Assembly (NCBI GenBank): GCA_023247705.1
Contig: JAHFFY010000001.1
Location: 33,358 to 97,357, forward strand
From: Candidatus Omnitrophota bacterium
GTDB lineage: Bacteria > Omnitrophota > Gorgyraeia > Zapsychrales > JAHFFX01
DNA: 64,000 bases
Reading direction: 5' to 3'
Numbering within the stretch: position 1 is the first letter of the stretch; each line of letters starts with the position of its first letter. A program made the position numbers and the translations under genes. Below are positions 1 through 8,247 of the stretch, in pieces. Under the pieces are notes generated by a model. It was not told the DNA's origin. It saw only the letters and a program-made list of their open reading frames with translations, and made no database searches.

Positions 1-1971
1 CTTCTTGTGAGCGGGAAAAAAGATGTTTTTATCGCGGGGGCGGATATTAAAGAAATTGAAAAGATCACGCAAACCAACGAAGGTGAAGACAAGGCGCAGG
101 CTGGTCAAAAAGTGTTTAACAAGCTCGAAGATTTAAAAGTCCCAACCATTGCGGTCATCAATGGGGTGGCGCTCGGTGGAGGATGCGAATTGGCCCTGGC
201 CTGCCGTTATCGCATCGGGACCTTCAATCCGAAGGTCAGGATTGGTTTGCCCGAAGTCAATTTAGGGATACTTCCCGGATTTGGAGGCACCTATCGTTTG
301 CCCAAAACGATTGGACTTTCTGAGGCTTTAAAAATTATTTTAGCCGGGAAGGTTATATCGGGAATGGAGGCTTACAAGATCGGCCTCCTTGATCGATTGT
401 TTCCGCAAGTTGGAATCCATGAGCAGCTTTTAAAATTTATCGACGAGATCCTTTCTTCAAAGAAAACAAAAAGAAATCAATCCCGGAAAGGATTCCTCAA
501 TGCATTTCTTGAGAAAAATCCTTTGGGCCGGGCGATTCTTTTCGACCAAACACGCCGCATGGTTTTGCAAACCACGAAAGGATTTTATCCGGCACCGCTG
601 AAAGCCTTGGAGGTGATTAAAAATAATTTTGGATTGAACCGCAACCAGGCCTTAAAAGCGGAAGCCAAAGGATTCAGCGAGCTGGTGATTGGATCGATCT
701 CCAAAAATTTGGTTAAGGTTTTTTATTTAACCGAAAAATTCAAGAAATATATGCCGCCGGGAACCGAAAATATTTTGCCTAAGCGCATTGATCAATGCGC
801 GGTGATCGGGGCCGGTGTCATGGGCGGTGGGATCGCGCAGCTTTTGACCCAGAAAGGTGTTTGGGTCCGCATGAAAGATATTGATTATAAATTAATCGGC
901 AATGGATTGAAGACCGCAGAAAAAATTTACAAAGAAGCGGTAAAAAAGCGAAAGCTCAAGCCCCACGAAGTGAAACGCAAAATGGCCCAAATCACAACCT
1001 CGATCGATTATTCCGGATTTAAGAGTGTCGACATGGTGATTGAGGCGGTCGTTGAAAATCTCGAGATAAAAAATAAAATTTTTAAGGAATTCAGCAATGA
1101 AGTCTCTGATAATGTGATTTTATGCACCAACACTTCGTCGTTACCGGTCAGTGCGATGGCGCAGGCGACCCGTCATCCAGCCAACGTCGTTGGCTTTCAT
1201 TTTTTCAATCCGGTTCATCGCATGCCTTTGATTGAGGTGATTAAAACTCCGTTTACTTCTGCTGAGACATTGGCGACCGCCTTTCAGTTTGCCCGACGGT
1301 TAGATAAAACCCCGATTTTGGTCAATGATTCTGCGGGTTTTTTGATCAACCGCATTTTACTTATTTATATCAACGAAGCCGGCCGGCTTTTAGAAGAAGG
1401 ATGGAAGATTCAAACGATCGATCAGATCATGACGGATTTCGGTATGCCGATGGGACCATTGACCTTGTCTGATGAGGTTGGACTTGATGTGGGGATCAAA
1501 GTGTTGCATATCCTGGAACAAAGTTTTGGAGCCCGTTTTAAAGCGGCCCAGATTTTTGAAAGGGTTTACAGCAATGGTCTTCTGGGCAAGAAGATGGGAA
1601 AAGGATTTTATATCCACCCCATGGAAAGTCGACGTAGCAAGATTTTAAAGAGAATAGCGAATAAAGAAATTGAGAAAATTTTAGGGACTCGTTCTGCGCA
1701 GGTTCTCGATCATGACGAGGCCCGCAAGCGCATGTTGTATTTGATGGTGAATGAAGCGGCGATGTGCTTGGAAGAAAAGATCGTAGAAGATGTCGATACG
1801 GTTGATCTGGGGATGATTATGGGCACTGGATTTCCTCCTTTCCAAGGCGGATTGATCCGGTACGCTCAAGAGATCGGGATCGACAAGATCATTGAGGATC
1901 TGAACACTTTTCAAGACAAATTTAAATCGGACCGCTTTAAACTCTGTGCGCATCTCGCAAATTTAGCATAA
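1..1971 (+). CDS. Fatty-acid oxidation multifunctional enzyme (enoyl-CoA hydratase / 3-hydroxyacyl-CoA dehydrogenase), 5'-truncated by the window edge
   Basis: Crotonase motif GGGCELALACRYRIG; NAD-binding IGAGVMGGGIAQ of 3-hydroxyacyl-CoA dehydrogenase; C-terminal 3HCDH dimerisation-like region. The frame stays open back to position 1. Confidence 0.85.
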   Translation, partial: LLVSGKKDVFIAGADIKEIEKITQTNEGEDKAQAGQKVFNKLEDLKVPTIAVINGVALGGGCELALACRYRIGTFNPKVRIGLPEVNLGILPGFGGTYRLPKTIGLSEALKIILAGKVISGMEAYKIGLLDRLFPQVGIHEQLLKFIDEILSSKKTKRNQSRKGFLNAFLEKNPLGRAILFDQTRRMVLQTTKGFYPAPLKALEVIKNNFGLNRNQALKAEAKGFSELVIGSISKNLVKVFYLTEKFKKYMPPGTENILPKRIDQCAVIGAGVMGGGIAQLLTQKGVWVRMKDIDYKLIGNGLKTAEKIYKEAVKKRKLKPHEVKRKMAQITTSIDYSGFKSVDMVIEAVVENLEIKNKIFKEFSNEVSDNVILCTNTSSLPVSAMAQATRHPANVVGFHFFNPVHRMPLIEVIKTPFTSAETLATAFQFARRLDKTPILVNDSAGFLINRILLIYINEAGRLLEEGWKIQTIDQIMTDFGMPMGPLTLSDEVGLDVGIKVLHILEQSFGARFKAAQIFERVYSNGLLGKKMGKGFYIHPMESRRSKILKRIANKEIEKILGTRSAQVLDHDEARKRMLYLMVNEAAMCLEEKIVEDVDTVDLGMIMGTGFPPFQGGLIRYAQEIGIDKIIEDLNTFQDKFKSDRFKLCAHLANLA

Positions 1972-1981
1972 AGGATCGAAT

Positions 1982-2533
1982 ATGTTGAAAAAAAAATTAT
2001 TGAAAAAGAAAAGTTGTATAAGACTCATTTTGTTACTCGTGATGCTGATTTCTGTATGCATCCGCTGCGGTTCTAACGGAAATTTTAAAGTTTATCAAAA
2101 TTCGAATTATCGTATAAAAATAAAATATCCTAAAAATTGGACATTACAAGAGAATCGGGATGGGGCGGTCGTTGTTTTTATGGCACCGCGGGAAGTGCCC
2201 GTTGATGTCTTTCAAGAAAACGTGAATATCGTGGTCCAGGATTTATCCGGTCAAGTCATCACCCTGCAGCAATACACCGCCACCGCGATCAATCAATTGA
2301 CCAGAGTTTTTAAAAGCGTCAAGATCCTTGATTCAGGCCCAACCTATTGGGGTGGAAAACCAGCGCATAAGGTGGAGTATATCATGCAAGCGAATGTCTC
2401 GTTGCGATTGATGCATATCTGGATGATCAAAGGGAAAAAAGCGTATCAATTTACCTTTGCCGCTGACGCCGACCGCTATGATGAATACATGGAAACCGTC
2501 CAGACCATGATCAATTCTTTTCAGGTGAATTGA
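1982..2533 (+). CDS. Hypothetical secreted/lipoprotein-like protein
   Basis: N-terminal basic stretch plus hydrophobic segment with Cys (LLLVMLISVCIRCGS). No recognisable catalytic motif. Confidence 0.4.
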   Translation: MLKKKLLKKKSCIRLILLLVMLISVCIRCGSNGNFKVYQNSNYRIKIKYPKNWTLQENRDGAVVVFMAPREVPVDVFQENVNIVVQDLSGQVITLQQYTATAINQLTRVFKSVKILDSGPTYWGGKPAHKVEYIMQANVSLRLMHIWMIKGKKAYQFTFAADADRYDEYMETVQTMINSFQVN

Positions 2534-3597
2534 TTCGCATGAATCCACATTTCGCATTGCCTCAGAAAGTAAAACCATCCTGTTCGGTTTTTGGAGAGTG
2601 CGGCGGGTGTCTTTATCAGGACATTCCTTACACGGAAGAATTGAGATTAAAAGAAACGAACCTGCAAAATCTTTTTCGCTCTCAGCTCAAGCTGAATGAC
2701 GATTGCTTTGAACAAATTCTTCCTTCGCCGCAAGAATATGCGTATCGTAATCGTCTCGATTTGAAGTTGCTTAGAACCAAACAGGGAGAGATTGTGATGG
2801 GATTTTCTCCAACGGGACGCTATCGTGTGGTTCAAGTCGATTCCTGCCCGATTGCCCGGCAAGAGATCTCGGAGTTTCTGCCGGAATTAAAAAAACAGGC
2901 GATCACGAAGCTGACCGGGAAGTACCGCGTCGCAAATCTGGTGGTGCGTTCCGGAGACGAAAAAAATGTTTCCTGGGGAGGGATCGGCCGGAATTCTTTG
3001 CAATTACAATCGGGACGTTATTTCTGGACCGAGCTTGCAGGGAAAAAAATATTCTACTCATTGGATACATTTTTTCAGGCGAACCTTTCGATTCTTCCGC
3101 TGGTGATGGAAAGGATCAGAAAGCTCAGGATTTGGGACAAGAAGACTGTTTTGTTTGATCTATATGGCGGGGTCGGACTATTTTCCGTTGTTTTAGCCGA
3201 TCAGGTCAAAAAAGTAATTTTGATCGAAGAATCGATTGCCTCTTTGCAAGTCGCCCACTTTAATAAGCATTATCATAACTTGGATCAACTCGAAATTATC
3301 CCGGGGAAGGTTGAAGATCGACTGGAAGCTTTTTTGGAAAAAGAATTTCACAATATTATTTTTATCGATCCTCCGCGCTGCGGAGTAAGTCCTACGGTTC
3401 TGGAAATCTTAAAGAAGTTAAATCATCTGCACTGCTTGCTTTATTTATCCTGTGATCCGCAGTCGCTGGTTCGGGATCTGAAAGGTTTCTTAAAAGAGCG
3501 CTGGCAGATTATAAGAGTATTTCCTTTTGATTTTTTTCCTAAAACAAAGCATGTTGAAACCTTAGTCATTTTAAGTAAAACAAAGGTGGAGGTTTAG
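2530..3597 (+). CDS. 23S rRNA (uracil-C5)-methyltransferase, RlmD/RumA family, lacking the TRAM domain
   Basis: Four-Cys Fe-S cluster (CSVFGECGGCLYQ ... SCP); SAM motifs DLYGGVGLFS and IDPPRCG; C-terminal catalytic Cys region (LYLSCDP). Confidence 0.75.
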   Translation: MIRMNPHFALPQKVKPSCSVFGECGGCLYQDIPYTEELRLKETNLQNLFRSQLKLNDDCFEQILPSPQEYAYRNRLDLKLLRTKQGEIVMGFSPTGRYRVVQVDSCPIARQEISEFLPELKKQAITKLTGKYRVANLVVRSGDEKNVSWGGIGRNSLQLQSGRYFWTELAGKKIFYSLDTFFQANLSILPLVMERIRKLRIWDKKTVLFDLYGGVGLFSVVLADQVKKVILIEESIASLQVAHFNKHYHNLDQLEIIPGKVEDRLEAFLEKEFHNIIFIDPPRCGVSPTVLEILKKLNHLHCLLYLSCDPQSLVRDLKGFLKERWQIIRVFPFDFFPKTKHVETLVILSKTKVEV

Positions 3598-3598
3598 A

Positions 3599-3892
3599 AT
3601 GAAAGCGGATAAAATTCCCTACGAGAAACAGATTTTTGTTTGCACCAACGATAAGAAAGGTGAAAAACCCAGTTGTGGCGATCATAAGGGGGAGGAAATT
3701 TTTACCGAATTACGAAAAATCGCTAAAGACCGCGGCCTTCATCCCCGAATTCGTGTCGCTCAGGCCAAATGCCTCGGACAATGCAATATGGGCGTTAATA
3801 TGATGGTTTATCCGGACAATGTCTGGCACAACGGGATTCGTTTGGAAGACATTGGCACGATTGCAGAGAAATATTTGCCTCAAGGGAAATAG
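3599..3892 (+). CDS. Thioredoxin-like [2Fe-2S] ferredoxin (NuoE-like fold)
   Basis: IFVCTN...CGD...CLGQC pattern, typical of the thioredoxin-like 2Fe-2S ferredoxin family. Confidence 0.65.
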   Translation: MKADKIPYEKQIFVCTNDKKGEKPSCGDHKGEEIFTELRKIAKDRGLHPRIRVAQAKCLGQCNMGVNMMVYPDNVWHNGIRLEDIGTIAEKYLPQGK

Positions 3893-3930
3893 AAGAGTTC
3901 AATCATAAAAAATAAAAATAGAACACAGCA

Positions 3931-3958
3931 TTGATTTTTACGATTAACACTTTATAAT
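3931..3958 (+). promoter_or_regulatory. Sigma-70 promoter (TTGATT-N16-TATAAT) upstream of the acyl-CoA dehydrogenase gene
   Basis: TTGATT at 3931-3936, 16-bp spacer, TATAAT at 3953-3958. About 110 nt upstream of the ATG at 4070. Confidence 0.5.
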
Positions 3959-4069
3959 CTTAATTGACAAACTTCCTTCTTTAAACAATTAAGAAAAACT
4001 CAATAGACTTCTCGCTATTCAACTTTGTCTTGGGCAAGGAAAAGACCACTAAAACGAAGAGGAGAACGC

Positions 4070-5929
4070 ATGAGTTTGTTTGATAAGAATATCAGTCAGG
4101 AAAAACGCGAATCGTTGGAGTTAGCGGAAGCTTCGCGCGAAAGCGAATGGCGATATCCCAGTTTTGCTTTAAAACTTTTTCACGGTGTTCTTGATTGGTC
4201 GTTGATCCATCCTTTTCCCATTCAGTCCGAACAAGACCGCAAAGAAGGCGACGAATACTTAGCGCAATTAAAGAAATTTTTAAAAGAAAATCTGGATCCC
4301 GATGAAGTCGATCGAACAGGAATAATCCCGCCCCAGGTGATCGATGGTCTCGCCAAGCTCAAGGCCTTTGCGATTAAAATTCCGAAAGAATACGGCGGTT
4401 TGGGTTTTAGTCAGACAAATTATTGCCGGGCGATCCATTTGGTTGCGAGTTTTTGCGGATCAACGGCTGTGTTGCTTTCGGCGCATCAAAGCATTGGCGT
4501 TCCGCAGCCTTTAAAACTTTTTGGAACCGAAGAACAAAAGAAAAAATATTTCCCGCGATTTGCCCAAGGGACGATCTCGGCATTCGCTTTGACCGAACCG
4601 GAGGCCGGTTCCGATCCCCGCCGGATGACGACCACTGCGACTCCGATCGAAGGCGGAAAACATTTTCTGCTCAATGGAGATAAATTATGGTGTACCAACG
4701 GATTGATTGCCGGTGTCATTGTGGTGATGGCTGTGACACCGCCCAAAATCATTAAAGGCAAAGAACAAAAGCAAATCACCGCTTTTATTGTTGAAACCAA
4801 TTCTCCGGGCTTTGAAATTGTTCATCGTTGTCAATTTCTGGGATTGCATGGCATCCAAAATGGACTGTTGCGTTTTAAAAATGTCAAAGTCCCTCGAGAG
4901 AATATTATTTTGGGTGAGGGAGAAGGATTGAAGTTGGCTTTAACCACGTTGAATACCGGCCGGTTGACTCTTCCGGCGGCCTCAACCGGAATCGCGAAAT
5001 GGTGCTTGCATGTAGCACGACAATGGTCCGTTAAACGAAAACAATGGGGCGCGGCCATCGGGGAACATGAGAGCATCGGATTGAAGCTCGGTTATATCGC
5101 CAGCCATACGTTTGCGATGGACGCGATGAGCTGGCTGACCTCCGCCATGGCGGATGATAAAAATAAAGATATTCGTCTGGAAGCCGCGATCGCTAAATAT
5201 TTTTGCACGCTGCATGCCTGGAAGATCGTGGATGAAACCATGCAGATCCGGGGAGGGCAGGGCTACGAACAATCGTCTTCACTGCGTTCCCGCGGGGCGG
5301 ATTATTATCCGGTTGAACGCGTTTTAAGAGACACCCGGATTAATCTTATCATTGAAGGGACATCGGAGATCATGCATCTTTTTATCGCTCGAGAAGCGCT
5401 GGATCCTCATTTGAGCCGATTTAAGAAACTCATTGATCCGCATGTACAACTCCCCGCGAGAATAAAAACATTTTTGTCCGTTGGCATGTATTATGTGCAA
5501 TGGTATTTGAAATTGCTTTTGCCTAATCACTTTTCTTCGAATCTCACCAGTTTGCCGGAGATTTTGGTGGAACACATGATCTATGTGCAGAATTCAAGTA
5601 AGCGTTTGGCCAGAACCACTTTTCATCAGATGATCAAATATCAGCAAAAACTCGAAGCGAAGCAAAGTGTCCTGAACCGCGTTGTTGAGATCGGAACGGA
5701 TTTGCTCGCAATGAGCGCAACCTGCTCCTATGCGAATCATCTCGTTAAAAATTCTAAACATACCCAAGGGACGATTGATTTGGCAGATTTATTCTGCCGG
5801 GAAGCAAGAAAACGGATTGAATTGAATTTTAAGGAAAATTGCCAGAATACCGACCGCAAAAATATTGCTGTTGCGCATCGGGTGATGGCCCAAGAAATCG
5901 AATGGCTCGAGAGCGATATTATAAAATAG
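4070..5929 (+). CDS. Acyl-CoA dehydrogenase, long form with a C-terminal extension
   Basis: ACAD N/M/C domain motifs (AFALTEPEAGSDP; GGxGY...; C-terminal helical domain). The ATG at 4070 follows a GAGGAG RBS; the track ORF begins earlier at 4025. Confidence 0.8.
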   Translation: MSLFDKNISQEKRESLELAEASRESEWRYPSFALKLFHGVLDWSLIHPFPIQSEQDRKEGDEYLAQLKKFLKENLDPDEVDRTGIIPPQVIDGLAKLKAFAIKIPKEYGGLGFSQTNYCRAIHLVASFCGSTAVLLSAHQSIGVPQPLKLFGTEEQKKKYFPRFAQGTISAFALTEPEAGSDPRRMTTTATPIEGGKHFLLNGDKLWCTNGLIAGVIVVMAVTPPKIIKGKEQKQITAFIVETNSPGFEIVHRCQFLGLHGIQNGLLRFKNVKVPRENIILGEGEGLKLALTTLNTGRLTLPAASTGIAKWCLHVARQWSVKRKQWGAAIGEHESIGLKLGYIASHTFAMDAMSWLTSAMADDKNKDIRLEAAIAKYFCTLHAWKIVDETMQIRGGQGYEQSSSLRSRGADYYPVERVLRDTRINLIIEGTSEIMHLFIAREALDPHLSRFKKLIDPHVQLPARIKTFLSVGMYYVQWYLKLLLPNHFSSNLTSLPEILVEHMIYVQNSSKRLARTTFHQMIKYQQKLEAKQSVLNRVVEIGTDLLAMSATCSYANHLVKNSKHTQGTIDLADLFCREARKRIELNFKENCQNTDRKNIAVAHRVMAQEIEWLESDIIK

Positions 5930-5942
5930 AGCGGTATCTCCC

Positions 5943-8030
5943 ATGGAATCTCCGATAAACGGTCTCTCCAAGATCATCAATAAATTTTCGATCATCAAGC
6001 AAATTCCGATTTTTAATAATCTCAATTGGTTTCAATTGCACATGATCAGCCAAAAAAGTGTTCTTCAGGAATACCATAAGGGAGATTTTATTTATAAAGA
6101 GGAAAGTCCTGCGGATGGTTTTTATTGTTTGATCTCGGGAAGATTGCAGGCGTATAACATGAAATCATCCGGGCGCAAAGACAACCTGGAGCTTATTCTC
6201 CGCGGAACTCATTTCGGAATTACCTCGCTTTTTACCGGAGAGAATCATTCTTTAACCGTTGAAGCGGTGAACGATTCGATCATCCTGAAGATTACGCGGG
6301 ATGATTTTTTGTTGCTCTTGAAGATGATTCCCAAACTGGCCATCGAACTCAACCGGAGCTTATCCCAGCGTGTCAGAAATAAAAAACTCAACGCCCAATC
6401 CATTTTTAACAGTTCGATTATTTCCGTTTACAGTCCTGTCAAGGGGACCGGCAGTTCCACGTACGCGCTGAATCTCGCGATTAACCTTGAACGCGAAACC
6501 AAACGAAAGGTTATTTTAGTCAATATTAGTTCCAATCTTTCGGATGAACAGTCGTTGATTTTCAAGGTCCCGGACGCCTCGCCTCATTGGAAGATCCCGG
6601 GGATCAGGATTCAGGAGACGGTGGGCGATCATCAGAAAATTATCCAGAGCGTGATTAAAGGGCATCTTAATGTCGATCTGTTGCATGTTGTTTTTAACCC
6701 TACGAACAAAAATTTAGTCGACCTGATCAGCCAGTTTGTCAGTGCGTTGATCAACGATTATTATTATCTCGTTGTTGATCTTCCCAATAATATGGATGAT
6801 GTTGTCTTGCAGACATTGACTCAATCGGACTTGATCCACTTGATCACTCTAAACCGGATGGAAGATCTGAAGCTCACAAATCAGGTGATTCATGATCTGC
6901 AAACAAAGTTAAAAGACCGTTTTATTAAGGAAAACGTTCAAGTCATGATCAGCAGTTTAGATCGTTCGGAAAACCGTTTAGTCCATCACGAGATCGATAA
7001 CGTTTTAGATTTTAAGGTCTCAGACGTATTACCGTTTATTCCCCCTGAGGATTTGAGAAATCCAGTGATCACGGATGCGATCGCTGTCATCACTCCGGGA
7101 CTTGATAGTGAATATACCAAGACCTTGGCCAGAATTTCGCGGAAAATCGGAGGGATTTTAATCGGCTTAGTCTTGGGCGGTGGGGCGGCTTTAGGATTAG
7201 CTCACATCGGCGTTATCAAGGTCCTGGAGCGGGAAAATATCCCCATTGATATTGTGGTGGGAAGCAGCATGGGTGCATTAATTGCCGCTCTCTGGACGAT
7301 TGGCAATAATTCCGAACATCTAGAAATATTTGCGCGGGAATTTGAGAAAAAACAGAATGGATTGAAATTATTCGATCCTGTTTTTCCAAGGACTGGCTTT
7401 ATCGGTGGACGCCTGATCAAATTGTGGTTGAAAAAGCATCTCGGAGATAAGACGTTTTATGATACAAAAGTCTCTTTGAAAATCGTCAGCTATGATCTGA
7501 TCAGACGAGAGGAACAAATTTTGGACCAAGGCAGTTTAGTCGATGCGGTTAGGGAAAGCGTTGCGATCCCGGGTGTTATCGAACCTGTCTTTCGTGGTGG
7601 AAAGATGATTATTGATGGAGGAGTTTTGAATCCTTTGCCGACCAATGTATTGACCACCCTTGGAATTAAAAAAATCATTGCGATCAATGTCCTGCAATCA
7701 CCGGCGGATGTTTCGAAAGGCTATGATCTTCATCAGGAAAAAGCGCAGCTAGAACATCAAATTCCGTTCATGAAATCGCCGTTAGTCTTTTTGGGTGTTC
7801 GGATCTCTAAAGTTTTCAGCGCCAATATCCCGGATATTATTATCCGGACTCTTCAAGCCTCTGAATATGTCATCGCTGAGCAAAGCGCCAACCAGGCCGA
7901 TGTGCTTATTCATCCGAATCTGGTCGGCATTAACTGGTTTGAATTGTATCAGGTCGATCAGCTAATTCAAAGCGGAGAAGACGCGACGTTGCAAAAAATT
8001 GGAGAAATTAAGAGATTGATCCGGGAATAA
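5943..8030 (+). CDS. cNMP-binding domain + patatin-like phospholipase fusion (NTE-like)
   Basis: N-terminal Crp-like cyclic-nucleotide-binding fold (residues ~20-140). C-terminal patatin motifs GGGAALGLAHIG (Gly-rich), GSSMG (GxSxG nucleophile) and DGG (catalytic Asp). Confidence 0.75.
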   Translation: MESPINGLSKIINKFSIIKQIPIFNNLNWFQLHMISQKSVLQEYHKGDFIYKEESPADGFYCLISGRLQAYNMKSSGRKDNLELILRGTHFGITSLFTGENHSLTVEAVNDSIILKITRDDFLLLLKMIPKLAIELNRSLSQRVRNKKLNAQSIFNSSIISVYSPVKGTGSSTYALNLAINLERETKRKVILVNISSNLSDEQSLIFKVPDASPHWKIPGIRIQETVGDHQKIIQSVIKGHLNVDLLHVVFNPTNKNLVDLISQFVSALINDYYYLVVDLPNNMDDVVLQTLTQSDLIHLITLNRMEDLKLTNQVIHDLQTKLKDRFIKENVQVMISSLDRSENRLVHHEIDNVLDFKVSDVLPFIPPEDLRNPVITDAIAVITPGLDSEYTKTLARISRKIGGILIGLVLGGGAALGLAHIGVIKVLERENIPIDIVVGSSMGALIAALWTIGNNSEHLEIFAREFEKKQNGLKLFDPVFPRTGFIGGRLIKLWLKKHLGDKTFYDTKVSLKIVSYDLIRREEQILDQGSLVDAVRESVAIPGVIEPVFRGGKMIIDGGVLNPLPTNVLTTLGIKKIIAINVLQSPADVSKGYDLHQEKAQLEHQIPFMKSPLVFLGVRISKVFSANIPDIIIRTLQASEYVIAEQSANQADVLIHPNLVGINWFELYQVDQLIQSGEDATLQKIGEIKRLIRE

Positions 8031-8134
8031 CAAACCCGTTACTTACCCCAACCGTCCCATCACATTTTATTTTATAACATTCTGTTTTGTTCCCCTCCTG
8101 ACCATTAAATAATCATGTAAATTTATTTATAAAT

Positions 8135-8143
8135 TGATATAAT
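8135..8143 (+). promoter_or_regulatory. Extended -10 promoter (TGATATAAT) upstream of the heme operon
   Basis: TGnTATAAT at 8135-8143; roughly 100-140 nt 5' UTR before the hemC-like gene. Confidence 0.4.
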
Positions 8144-8247
8144 ATCACCTCCTCGAGTTTTGCCTCAAATTCCTGTTCAATCTGAAAGATTTTTTGGAAT
8201 GATTCTGAACATGTGTATTCGGCCCGGGGCAAACGGCTTTGTAGGAG

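Noticed and set aside
1390-1953. Antisense ORFs (1390..1617 -, 1681..1953 -) and many other 60-130-aa antisense or alternative-frame ORFs inside strong CDSs (e.g. 4486..4800, 32651..33043, 37930..38380, 46236..46631)
   Set aside because: They are embedded in the opposite strand or another frame of genes with clear family motifs and have no independent RBS or motifs. They are typical spurious six-frame ORFs.
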